Origin: Phoronis australis
Taxonomy: Eukaryota > Animalia > Phoronida
Reading direction: 5' to 3'
DNA length: 64,000 nt
NCBI GenBank assembly: GCA_002633005.1
Contig: NMRA01000181.1
Span: forward strand, 258,959 to 322,958
Shown here: positions 26,301 to 38,781 of the stretch, piece after piece
Numbering within the stretch: the first letter of the stretch is position 1
Layout of the letters: each line of letters begins with the position of its first letter
Program-made: the position numbers and the translations under genes
The notes under the pieces: model-generated
Databases searched by the model: none
Told to the model about the DNA's origin: nothing
Seen by the model: the letters and a program-made list of their open reading frames with translations, nothing else

Positions 26301-27887
26301 TTCGCTGCATTTCCTAGCTGCGCGAGCCCTCATCCACAGGATGAAAATAGTGAACCATTACTGTTTGTGGTCACATATGGCCACCATCTCTGTCGGGCGC
26401 CTGTCGTCTGCTGCTGTATCTCCTAAGCCCGTGGCAGGTCACAGTAATTCCTGAAATTTGGCAGATGTGTTTCTATGAAACTAATGACAGATGACGTTGA
26501 CACACCGCTCAATCGGACTAGCACTGTGCCCTCTGGTGATAATTTTAGTTTGTTTTGCCACTGTACCATTTTCAAGAAATTTGGAAAAATATATTTCTTT
26601 CAGTGTTATAACGACGCCTTTCGGAAGTTTTCGATGTATTCTGCGCCGTTCATTGTCTATTTTGGTATTTACGAGTTCTGTTTTTGGCTTGTGCCAAACC
26701 TGCTCGAATGATCATTGAGTAAGTTGACCGATTTGTTCCTGCTGAAAAGATCACGAGAACTGTTGGTTTACATTCTAGTTCAGCTGTTGCAACGTACCCT
26801 AGTGACATTTTTCTATCTGCAGATGTCCAGATTGTCCTATGAACGTGTCGATTTTTTTGGACAAAACTACTACCGCTCTGCCTTCTAGTCACAATTTTTT
26901 TATTGTGTTTGCCTCTTTGTCATCTTAATTCCTTGACGGATTTTCGTGAAATTCGGCCCGATAGGTTCCTTTTGGGGAGACGACGACGTCTTAGTCTTTT
27001 TTGGGTGGTTCGACCCATTTTGTGCAATGATCGCGTTTTCCCGCAAATTTCCGTTAGAAGGAATACCAGCAGTTGATCAGATACGCTAAAGAACAAATCG
27101 GCAACCGAGAAATAATCAGAATCGACTCGATTGTCATACATAACATATTCTTTTGCAGTAAGAATCATATTTTTGCTAAGGTTACATAACATATTCTTCT
27201 TCTTCAGCAACGAATTGTGGTTTTCCGCGCAAAGTTTTACTTTTTTGATTTAAGTCATCAAAATAGCTTTACTAATTTTAAAATCAAAATTATTGTTGTT
27301 TGGTAAAACTGCAACACCTCGAGAATTAGACTTAGGAGTTGAAAAAATATTCATATCCCCAGGTTCCTCTTGTAAAACTGTTATCTTTCTCTGCCGGGAA
27401 TGTGAGTTTACAAATAAGGCGGAACATTGAAGGTCAAGAATTACTAGCCTCACAAATTTTAGCAAAAATAAAAACAAACGAAAAACACGTTCTCTTATCA
27501 GATTCTAATATTTTTGAAAAATCTGCAACCAACTTTTTAAGCGTTGTCTTTTGTAAACTGGTGTAATTCTTTAGAAATTGGAAAATTATATTCATGTTAC
27601 AATGATGCTGAATATTTCATTTTAAGACGAAAGAATTCTTTATAAGACGTTGTGAAATAAGTACCGATCTCGTGTGTGTAAAAGGTGAAAGGGTGTTATA
27701 TTTCTAATTAAGTAGTAGAATGACAGATACCCTTTATAATAGAACAAATCGGTTTCCTTGTTTTCATGTATTACGTCACTTCAGGAAATGACACCGGTGT
27801 GGCACGTCTGAAAAGGAATGACAAGGACATAGTGTGAATACTTTTATAATGAGAAAACAAAATATAAGTCACGTATTTTCTCTACAG

Positions 27888-28097
27888 GACCTTCTTGCTC
27901 AGTCGACAGTGTTCCGGCAGCTTTGGAGAACGTAGAAAGACACCCAAAGAGCATCACGCGGAAGTTCTGGAAGAATGAAAACGTCATGTACCGTTGCAAG
28001 GGGTCAACTTTCTTTCGTAAAAATACTCAAATAATCACGACTTCTTGCCGTGGTCAGAATGAATGGAGTGACATTCCTGGAAATTGTCAAGAAGAGA
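27888..28097 (+). CDS. Coding exon, Sushi/CCP domain 6
   Basis: Acceptor ttttctctacag|, donor |gtaagt; 210 nt, phase 1-1. PSCSVDSVPAALEN...VMYRCKGSTFF...TSCRGQNEWSDIPGNCQEE. Confidence 0.92.
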
Positions 28098-28619
28098 GTA
28101 AGTCCGTCTTGTTTCGAATAGGCAATGCTTCATCTGTCCAGAGTTGTATTTTGTTCGATAGTGAACAAAGGTCTAAAATCAGTAGATTTACGAAATGTTA
28201 GAATTGTCATTTGAATAGCAACCTCTATATTATTTAATGTTGACACATTTCAAAAGCCGCTTACAAATTTGCGTCTACTAGTGGAGGAATTGGGGATATA
28301 GAAGACGATGTGCCCGATCAAATTCCCATCTAATATTAAGAAGAAATTCATCGTGGTGCAAAGATATTTTCCAGACATGCCAATGTCATCTCGAGTAAAT
28401 GAAATTCTAATCGTATCCAAAATATTACAAAAAAGTTCTGACTTGGTTTGAATTCTCATCTGTGTCAAATACTGACTTACTTTGTAAAGACAAAAGACCA
28501 AAAACTTTGAGCTATGTCAGAATCTTACATGGATGTCAAGCAACTGGTTTGGCGTGCACCTTATTTGGATGACAACCAACAAGCACACATGGTGGTCAAA
28601 TCATGAACCTATGCAAAGG

Positions 28620-29012
28620 GTTAGTTAGTTGATGACTGGCAGATACAGGTAACATGTAGTTAGTTGGTTCAAAATCCAACATGCATTAGCTGCTCCACCT
28701 GGTGGTCAAACGATCACTGACAGATACAGGTAACATGTAGTTAGTTGGTTGACATCCAACATCCAATAGCTGCTCTACCTGGTCGTCAAACAATCATTGG
28801 CAGATACTGGTAACATGTAGTTAGTTTGTTGACATCTATCATCCAATATCTGCTCCACCTGGTGGTCAAATAATCATTGACAGATACAGGTAATATGTAG
28901 TTAGTTGGTTGACATCTAACATCCAATAGCTGCCCACCTTGTGGTCAAATGATGAAGCTATACAAAGGGACAGCTAGATAGTTGGTTAGCTTGTTGAAAT
29001 CCAACATCCAAT
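28620..29012. repeat. ~80-bp tandem subterminal repeats (about 5 units) of element A
   Basis: Unit cagatacaggtaacatgtagttagttggttgacatccaacatccaatagctgctccacctggtggtcaaa.aatcattg. Confidence 0.88.
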
Positions 29013-30984
29013 AGCAAATTTTAATTTAATTGCTGAAAAATAATACATTTTAAAGGAAAAGAAATTTATTTGAAAAGCAGAACATGTTCAAAAAGAAAAT
29101 CTTAGAAAACAATTTTGAAAATATTTTGTATTAAAAATGGAAATATTGAAAATCACAGTTGTTCGTGAAAATATCAGATATGAAACAATTAAAAAAATTT
29201 AAAAGTGAAACAGTTTTGAAACCAAAATAAAATAATTATCAAATACAAAGTATTTTGCTTTTTTCTCCATTTTCAAATGATTTTAATATGATGAGTTCAT
29301 GGGGGAGAATTTCTTGCTTATACTGGTCACTGCTCAGATTTCCTTAGCCCCAGACATGTTTTAGGATGCCTATTCAGCTTGCCTTTTGCATTGATGTAGA
29401 TATGAGCTAATGAAGTGGAAAGGTAGTAGGTAGCACTGCTGTCTCAACAGTGATGCTTGTTATTTTACTCAAGTTGGTTTCTGCTGGCAATAGTGGAGTA
29501 GCAGCTGAGACTGTTTAATGATTGCAACTGTGGAGGGTAGTTTTGACTTGTTATATTAAATATCACGAAATGACTAAAAATTTAATTTGTTTTAACTTGA
29601 CCATGGGCCACTTCATCCCAAAGGAACGGTGGTTTTAAATATGTTTCAAACCAGTTTTTGTTATTTCAGTTTTAATGCTCATGTCTACTTTTCTCTTATC
29701 GGGAACGGGTTAGTTGATATCTTTTTATTTTATTCTTAAACTTGCAGTATCAAAACAGTGGTAGATTCTGATTGCCAGCAAAACTTAATTAGTTCAGTTA
29801 ACTGTGAACCCATCCCTGGACTTTTCATTCTTCTGGCAGCTACACTAGACATTTCACAGCAAACAAAACTACAATTCTACCTTTTTGTCAAGTCATAAAA
29901 ATGAGAGGGCACAATTTAAATACAGCTATGTCCGAGTTAAAAAAATCTGGTTAAACGAGATAACAGTGATGTATATACATTTATTGAAGAATACACAAGA
30001 CATACAAAGAAATGATGACAAACCCAGAAATCTCGAAGCATTATATCTGGGTTGTAAACAATTCATAAATGAAACTAATAGGCATAGAGGTATATACATT
30101 TAAGTAGTATCTAATATAAGTATCCCAATATTTAGATATGCCATTGCGAATATAAACGAGATTGAAAGAATACTAAAAGAATAATTCGTGTGATATTGTC
30201 AACTTTGATCAGTGTTTGTAAATCCACAGAGTATATCAATACCCACGGTCGTTTAGCTTCAATCGTACCCAATGTTTGTAGTTTTTAGCTTATTATTTCA
30301 TCGGTTTTTAAAAATCGAAATCCTTACTTGGTTGCTTTTTCCAGCTGACTACCGCGGTGCTGTTTGTCTTTAACGAAAGTTATTTGTTAATGCATTTTGA
30401 AACTTCACCATTATGTACAGGCAGAGATGCTTACTACAGTTTAGGGTTGGGGTAATTACACTTAATTGGGTCTTTCTCCCATGTGTGGGACAATGAGTTC
30501 ATTACAACTGTAGTGTAATTCATTCACTGTCAATTATTACATGACTATAGGTCTATTTCTGTCCATATAGAATCATTCATTGATAGTTTGAGCTGTCTAA
30601 GTGCCACACTGTTTGTAAACAGAAAGATAATAATCCTGTAATAATGTGGCCCCACACAATAGTCTAGTTTGGGTGGGTCAATGAGCTGTAGGTGACCCAA
30701 CTAAGGATTCATTTGGACTGTCAACACTCATAATTGAATAAGTGATCACACTGATACCAAGGAAACAGCAGTGACAAAAGATTAAAAGTGAATTCTTAGA
30801 CAAGTTAGCAACGAATACAGATCTTTTACAATACTGGATGGCGACTTCAAAGAAATGAAATATGCTGTTATAAAGTGGGTGTATATATATTAGTGCACAA
30901 AGGATGGCTTCAGAAAAAATGTCAAGATAAACAGAGCATTTGATTATTGAATTTTGAGGCGAAACTTGTGTTGGCAGTTTGAAT

Positions 30985-32970
30985 AGCGGAGATGCAACGC
31001 CGCCATATTGAAAATGGGTCAGAATGTTGCATTGTGGTTAAGGCGGTATTGTTCAATAAACAAGTACGTCGGCCATTGGGAGGTTATACGTGTTGTGTGC
31101 CTGGCTGCTAGATAAAGAATTTAGTTACTACCTGTTTCCCAAGGATCAAGAACCGTGTAAAAATGGGTCAGAAATATCGGTAGCGCTGTTAGCAAAGGCC
31201 GATTTAGTGAACGTTCTTTCCGACTTCGTGGCATAAAGTATGCAGCGCTCATTTTGAGGGCGGCAAGAAAACGAATCTTGGAAATTGCCCTACAATATTT
31301 CCCTTGAAAGAAGCAGTAGCAAATACTCCACGGCGGAGGTTAGTGAACAAAAACTTGTTTTCGTTTGACCAGAAATAAGCCGATCTGAGCAATTTTGAGG
31401 ATAATGCCACTGCACAATCACCTGAGTGTTCTGTCGACTCACTTAACTCACACTAAGACAAAGTAAAGATTATTATTAATTGCTTTCTACGAAATTATGG
31501 TGTATTGCTATCAAACTTCGTTGTTAAATTACGATCATTTTTAAGAAAACTGAACTGAAATCCAATGGCGAAATCTCGCCGAGAGATGCGTACTGGCTGC
31601 CTCGCAATCGTCGATAGGGCAACTTGAATTCTTGAATAAGAATAAAGTTTCGACTCAACAAATTACCTGAAATCCTCCTTAAATTTTCCAAGTAGCGTCT
31701 CTAAGATTTTTAAGTTCTTGTGGAGTCTGGATTAACTGCAGATTAAGTCCAAATCTGCGCTAGATCGTAGCCCGCACCACGAGAAAAATCTCTGGAGGAA
31801 CACACACGTTGTTGTCACGTGACGTTTGTTTGGAAGATTGTCTGCTTGTGTGTGAGAGAGTAAGCGTGCGTGTTCTTGTCATCAGATTTCATTTGCCAGA
31901 GTAAATGCAATGTAACGATCTCGGTGTGCATAGTAACCAAATAAGTCAAATCAATGAAGCAGTAAAATACAACGCGTTTTAATATTTAGCACTACTTGCT
32001 GGCCTCATCTGCTAAAAACGTTCGAGAATTTTCTCGGTAACACCGACATTTCACTCATTGAGTCGCCGGGTGACTGGATGCGTAACCGTAGTGTAACAGC
32101 TGTTTTCCGGGAGATTCGGGGTGTAAGGGTGCGAATGTGTTCACTATCACTAGGTCATTTTGACCTTAAAAACACCAAATATGATTAATTAAATAATTTC
32201 TCTTGAAAATAATGCAAATTTTTTACGGTATTAGAAACTTTCGGAAATTTGTGCCAATATTTATTTATTGCTGATGCTATGTTACCCGTTTCATGAATAG
32301 ATAGTTCCCGACTAAATGTCTTCGATGCCAGCCGGTACATTAAGCAGCGCGCGCTTCTTGGCCGTGTGCTAACACTGGTCGAGATTTTTTATTAGTCTTC
32401 AATTAACGGTTTTCACGTGTAAAGAGAAATTTGGATTCCTGTTAAGAAGACCTGCACCGGAAAGATACAATGTAATCCCGCCGAAAAGTATGCTGCGTCT
32501 GTTTTCAAAATCCAGACCATAGTGGGACACATTCCTCGCAGGAGCAGCAAAACTGTTGCGTTCTTTTTGAATCGCGGTTTAAGTTTGAAGTGTATAGTCA
32601 CAGCTAAATACTGACGTAACGGCGAGGCTCGTGGTCTACAAATTCAGGACTATCGGATCTTCGTGATAAATTGGAGACATTACTGTAAAGTTTTAGAACC
32701 TTGGGTAAGGCATTTTGCGCATGTAGTTCATGGGCTGGGCGCTTACTTTAGCGAAGTCTGAAAACGCGTTGGGCACTTATTGAGGCATGGGTGCTTATTA
32801 GGGCGAATAGCGGCAGAATCACAGACAGTAGCGTAGTTTAATGCACACAAATCACACGTCGTGCACACCAATCGGTCATTCCCGCAAACGCACATCAATT
32901 CCAATAGGCTTTGCGCACCCCAATTTCCGGACATGCGCAATCGTTTAGTCGATTCGGTTGCAACTCCACT
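30985..32970 (+). mobile_element. THAP-bearing TIR element nested in element A (ISL2EU/Harbinger-like)
   Basis: TIR agcggagatgcaac / gttgcaactccact, left flank AT. Segment absent from copy B. THAP remnant about 31082-31310: GYTCCVPGC..KEFSYYLFPKDQEPCK(K)WVRNI...HKVCSAHFEGGKKTNLGNCPTIFPLK. Confidence 0.8.
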
Positions 32971-33559
32971 ACATTTTGTTATAATTGTGAACTTGAAGCG
33001 TTTATTAATGAATACGACATGGCTTAGGAAAATCATTTCAAGATATGGAGACAAAATTTGATTTTTGACTTTTCTAATGTCACTCATGGTATGTGCAGTA
33101 GCTGTTGACTTGTACACCTTCATACCCTGTATTCATATGTGCACAACACTGAAAAATTCTGCTATTCACAGGCTTGAATTTGAACAGTACTGTTTTTAGG
33201 GACTGTCAGTTGTCTGAACTCGGATCCTACGTCATCTAATAAATAACAGGCATTTTCTAGAAATTTTGTTACTGAGAGAAAGTTTGGGTACATACAACCA
33301 TCCCATCTAATAAATAACGGGCATAATCTATGTATACAACTATATTTTATTTATTTATTTACTTATTTATTTATTATTGGGATATTTAAAATATTTGATG
33401 CAACGGACAGGAGTACTTGGGCCCCATCAACGAAATGACGGGCATATTGCGTGTATGTGACTATTTTGATGCGATAGACACTAATAGTTGGTTCACATCC
33501 AGTTCAACTAATTACCCTCTGTTGTGGCCAATACATCATTCAAACTCAACCCCATTTGC

Positions 33560-34070
33560 TCGTCTTGCCGTTTGACAACCAGGTGGGGCAGCTATTAGAT
33601 GTTGGATGTCAACCAACTAGCTATCTGACTCTCCCTCTGGATAGCTTTAATATTTGACCACCATGTGGGGCAGCTATTGGATGTTGGATGTCAACCAACT
33701 AGCTATCTGACTCTCCCTCTGGATAGCTTTAATATTTGACCACCAGGTGGCGCAGCTATTGAATGTTGGATGTCAACAAACTAACCAACTATCTGTCTCT
33801 TCATCTTTGGATAGCTTGAATATTTGACCATCAGGTGAGGCAGCTACTGGATGATGGATGTCAACCAACTAACCAGCTACTTGTCTCTTTGGATAAGTTT
33901 AATAGTTGTCCGCTAGGTGGGGCAGCTAATGGATGTTAGATGTCAACCAACTAACCTGCTATAATCTATCCATTTGGATAACTTTAATATTTGACCACCA
34001 AGTGGGCAGCCAACTAACCATTTCTAGGAATAGTTTTAGATGTTGACCATAAGGTGTCGACAATAGTAAC
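33560..34070. repeat. ~75-82-bp tandem subterminal repeats (about 6 units), inverted relative to 28620-29012
   Basis: Unit tttgaccaccaggtggggcagctattggatgttggatgtcaaccaactagctatctgactctccctctggatagctttaata. Confidence 0.88.
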
Positions 34071-34538
34071 GTGTACAACTAACTAGTTGGTTGACATCCA
34101 TGTAAGATTCTGACATGTATGAAAACTTTGAGTTCATAAAACGGTTATTTGTGAATGAATTTGCGTCTCCTGTCTTTACTTAGCTCCAATTTGGTATCGA
34201 CTAGATAAAAGCTGGGTCTTAACTTTTAAGGCTTAAGTCATTTTGATGAAACGGGACCCAGTGGTAGCTTGTGAGCCGGAAATGGTGATTAGCAACAAAA
34301 GTAATGCACTTGGTACTCTAAGCGATCTACTGATCGATTCTCGTTCTATCATTGGGAAAAGTGTTTGTTTCTGATATACAAGTTCCAGATTGTAAATACC
34401 TGCAGCTAAGTTATTCCGTAAGTCTACAATGAATTTGTACATAGAGGTGCTAATGATTTCTAAACACGCTTTGCTCTCCGTTTCTACTATGGTAACGAAA
34501 CCTCTACTTAATACGTGCTTTCTTGTCCATGATTCTAG

Positions 34539-34739
34539 ATAAGGATATCCTCTGCTTTGCCTCCGATTTGCCAACAGCGGCACATAATTCACGAAAAGAC
34601 ACTTCTCGAATCGAATTTTTCTACGGAGAAAAAATTGAAATCCATTGTCACAATGGCTATCGCTTCAATGACTTGAGTTCGTCGAAAAACGTTATTTGCC
34701 AACGTGATGGTACTTGGACAACCGTTGGCGACTGTTCAG
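34539..34739 (+). CDS. Coding exon, Sushi/CCP domain 7
   Basis: Acceptor ccatgattctag|, donor |gtatga; 201 nt, phase 1-1. ILCFASDLPTAAHNS...FFYGEKIEIHCHNGYRF...VICQRDGTWTTVGDCS (most canonical Sushi of the set). Confidence 0.92.
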
Positions 34740-35309
34740 GTATGATGAAAGTAGATGTTAAAATTACGTGACTCTATGTTAGTGTGCAAACGGAGCAATG
34801 TTCAGCATTCTGTATCAAAAGCAAAGAATATTTTGTTGGTGTTACCTTTTTATTACCAGAATTGTAAATTGCTGGCCAACTGAGGGACACGATAATGATG
34901 TACCTGGAAATCTACATCTATTGATTTTGTATTTGTTAAAGATATTCAAAGCAATTCATTTCTTGCAATGGTATAACCATTTAATTTTGGAAATTGCTAA
35001 TTTTGCCGCTTTTTCTGTACGGAGCGACAAGGACGATTACATTTTCTCGAACAAAAATTCACAAAACCTATCGCAAAGTAGTTGGCACAGAGCTGGGATA
35101 ATTTCGATGTTGTTTTAAAAATTATTTCACGCCTTCAAACAAAGTACATCCGTTGATTCTGCGGTCGTAACGCCACTGAGAACACATGATGGATTAGTCT
35201 GACCTTCGAACACATCAAGTAACTCTACGTGAGATGGTGGGTAACACAGCATTTGGTCGTGTGATATTTGTGAAGTCATTAAACATCAAGACACTGATAG
35301 TTTATGTTC

Positions 35310-35760
35310 ATCAATTCGGAATACGGAATGCGTTTATTCGTACTCGAGGCCATCGGCCCATAGTGCTTACATATCAAACACAACAATAAAATACAGTAAA
35401 TACATTGTACGCATACACATGTGCAGTAGTTTCAATCGTCAAGTAGTTTTGTTTAAATCAGAAGCATGATATGCAAATTCCATTAGGTTTTTCAGCACAC
35501 TGGAACCTAACAAACTTGGTACCGTAAAAAGTAAAATGGAGTGAAATTGTAAAAAGATAATCTCCAACAAAGTTTTAATGCAAGTTGCTGCCACTGCATT
35601 CGTCGACTGGATCATGAAGTACTCTAGGTTCCAAAATATCCATAAATTTATACACGCATCTCTTTCCTTAGCGCATCAAAAACTTCCGTCCGTAGCAACT
35701 TGACTATAGTTCACGAGTCTGAACGCTTCTCAAACTCATGTGAATAAAGTGTGGTGGTCG
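35310..35760 (-). mobile_element. Possible 3' remnant of an old non-LTR retrotransposon
   Basis: Minus-strand AATAAACG followed by a short-repeat tail at about 35315-35340; 3' UTR motif gaggccatcggccca resembles gtcctctggccca of the LINE at 41722. Heavily decayed. Confidence 0.35.
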
Positions 35761-36019
35761 TCATGTGTCTCGAGTATTGCAACTCGAGTAAGTACAGATG
35801 GGAGTAGTATCTGAGTAACTAAGCATTTCACCGACTTCGTTCGTGAAATGTGGGCTTTCGTTCAATGTAGCAAACATCATTTTAGAAGAACTATCTGTCT
35901 TTAATCCACTTGAACACGATATGAAATAAGCCGCGAGAATTTTGTTTGAGGGCACTAAACTACGTTCTCACAGACAAGTCTTTTTAATGCTTATAAAATG
36001 ACCATTTGATTGTTTTTAG

Positions 36020-36226
36020 CCCGTACATGCGAAATCGAAAGAGAAGATAAGTTTGGATTCAAACTGCACGGTGGTCATGACTACTTAGAGGATAGCGTCT
36101 CGTTCGACACAAAAATGGCATTGGAATGTAAGCCTGGTAATGCGATGATTTTCCGAATCCCGTTTGAAAACGTTACTTGCGACGAAAGCTTTGGAGATGT
36201 TCGAAAGTTACCACCTCCGTGTGCAC
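36020..36226 (+). CDS. Coding exon, atypical Sushi/CCP domain 8 (no conserved Trp)
   Basis: Acceptor tgtttttag|, donor |gtaagt; 207 nt, phase 1-1. RTCEIERE...VSFDTKMALECKPGNAM...VTCDESFGDVRKLPPPCA; 4 Cys with Sushi spacing. Confidence 0.83.
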
Positions 36227-38781
36227 GTAAGTAAAACACAATTATCTTGGATGAGGGAATAAAAGACAGAGGGGGAAACCGGAGAGAAAGAGGAAAAATT
36301 ATGCACAGGGGTGTATTTAATGTTACTATGTTGTGTATCAGAAGTGAACGTTTGCCACAATGCCTACCACAATAAAAAAGAACATCATAAGTTAAGTCAT
36401 TTCAGTGACTCACGCACGAAACTATTATGAACCATGCTGTACATGTCGGCAAATTAGACTTCGCTAATACGTTAAAATTTAAAGATTTGAAACTTGATTG
36501 GAGATTGGTTGTTTGATTGTCATAACAGAAATTTGGAAAGACGGCCTGTTTCATGAAAAATGATTAAGGAAGCGAGAGCTTTACGGTTATGAAGGACCCT
36601 AGAAAAGTATCTAATTTTGGCCGATTTCGGAACATCATATCTCAGAAATGGCCGATCAGATTTTAAAATTTGAGATACTACATGTATGATTTATGCAATT
36701 ATCCACAAATCCTCAGAGGGATCGTTTTTGAAGTGAAGAGGGGCTGTAAAATAGAACTTGTGTCATTTTATGAAAAAACGTCGCATAAATCGAAAACCAA
36801 CCCATAATCTAAAAAAAAGACGTAGCAGCGTTTTTGAATACTTTTCTTGAACATTTGTATCAAATGAAATAGGGTCTTGTTATACTCCTGTTCTTTCATA
36901 CATGTCAGAATCTTACATAAATGTCAACCAACTTGTTAGGTGTACACGTTACTACTGTCGGCACTTTGTGGTCAAATTGTAAAACATTTCCTAGAAATAG
37001 ATGGTTAGTTGGCTGCCCGCATGGTGCTCAAATATTAAAGTTATTCAAGGAATAAATAGCTGGTTAATTGGTTGACATCTAACATCCAGTAGCTGCCCCA
37101 CCTGGTGGACAACTATTAAAGCTATCCAAAGAGACAGGTAGCTGGTTAGTTGTTTGACATTCAACATCCAATAGCTGCCCTACCTGGTGGTCAAATATTC
37201 AATTTATCCAAAGATGAATAGACAGATAGCTGGTTAGTTTGTTGACATCCAACATTCCATAGCTGCGCCACCTGGTGGTCATATATTAAAGCTATCCAGA
37301 TGGAGAGTCAAGTAGCTAGTTGGTTTACATTCAACATTCAGTAGCTGCCCCACCTGGTTGTAAAACGGCAAAACGATACAAAAGGAGATGGCAAATGGGG
37401 TGGAGTTTGGATGATGTATTGGCCACAACAGGGGGTTATTAGTTTAATTGGATGTGAACCAACTATTAGTGTCTGTTGCATCAAAATAGTCACTTACAGG
37501 CAGTTGATGGGGCCTAAGTACTCCTGTCCATTGCATCAAATATAGTCGTATACACAGACAATGTCTGTTATTTAGCAGATGGGGTGGTGGTACCGAATTC
37601 TCTCAGTAACAAATTACAAGAAAATGCCCTTTATTTAGTAGATGAGTTTGGATCCGAGTTCAGACAACTGACAGTCCGCATAAACAGCGCTGATCAAATC
37701 AAGCAGAAAATGCAAAATTGAAGCCTGTGAATAGCAGAATGTTTAATTGTTGTGCACATGTAAATACAGGGTATGTAGGTGTACAAGTCAACAGCGCTGC
37801 TGCACCTACCATGAGGGACATTAGAAAATTCAAAAATCAAATTGTCTCCATATCTTGACATGTTTTCCTAAGCCATGTCGTGCTCATTAATAAACGCGTC
37901 AAGTTCACAATTATCATAACAAAATGGCACCTCAAAATTCTATAATCAAATGCTCTGTTTATCTTGACATGTTTTTTCTGAAGCCATCCTTTCTGCTCTA
38001 ATAAATATGCACCAACTTTATAACAACACCTTTCACTGCATTCTCGTTCCACTATTATAGAAGACCTGTATTTGTTGTTATTTTGTCTAAGAATTCACTT
38101 AATCTTTTGTCACTGCTGTTTCCTTGGCATCAGTGTGATCATTTATTCTATTATGAGTGTTCACAGTCCTACAACTCATTGACCCACCCAAACTAGACTA
38201 TTTTGTGGGGCTATATTACTACAGGCTCATTAACTTTCTGTTTACAAACATTGTAGCACTTAGACAGCTCACACTGTCAACGAATGATTGTATATGGACA
38301 CAAATAGATCTATAGTCATATAATAATTTACAGTGAATGAACACTACAGTTGTAATGATCTCATTGTCCCACACATGGGAGAAAGACCCAATTAAGTGTA
38401 ATTACCCCAACCCTAAACTGTAGTAAACATCTCTGCCTGTACATAATGGTGAGTTTTCAAAATGCATTAACAAATAACTTTCGTTCAAGACAAATACCAC
38501 CGCGGTAGTCAGCTGGAAAAAACAACCAAGCAAGGATTTCATTTTTTTAAAACAGATGAACTAATAAGCTAAAAACCACAAACATTGGATACGATTGAAG
38601 CTAAACGACCTTGGGTATTAATATACTCTGTGGATTTACAAACACCAATCAAAGTTGACGATATCACATGGATTATTCTTTTAATATTCTTTCAATGTTG
38701 TTTAACAAGATATTTAACTAGGACATAGCTGTGCTTAAATTACGCCCTCTCATTTTTTATGACTTGACAAAAAGCTAGAAT

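Larger units (their letters stand above)
28509..34121 (+). mobile_element. Foldback-type non-autonomous DNA element, copy A (8-bp TSD, subterminal repeat arrays)
   Basis: Perfect TSD aaaacttt at 28501-28508 and 34122-34129. Termini GAGCTATGTCAGAATCTTACATGGATGTCAA ... TTGACATCCATGTAAGATTCTGACATGTATG. Inverted ~80-bp repeat arrays at about 28620-29010 and 33560-34070. Strand is arbitrary. Confidence 0.88.

Noticed and set aside
28620-29012. CRISPR-like array (also 33560-34070 and 37000-37370)
   Set aside because: Whole ~80-bp units are repeated with no unique spacers, no cas genes, eukaryotic context; they are subterminal repeats of a TSD-flanked element.
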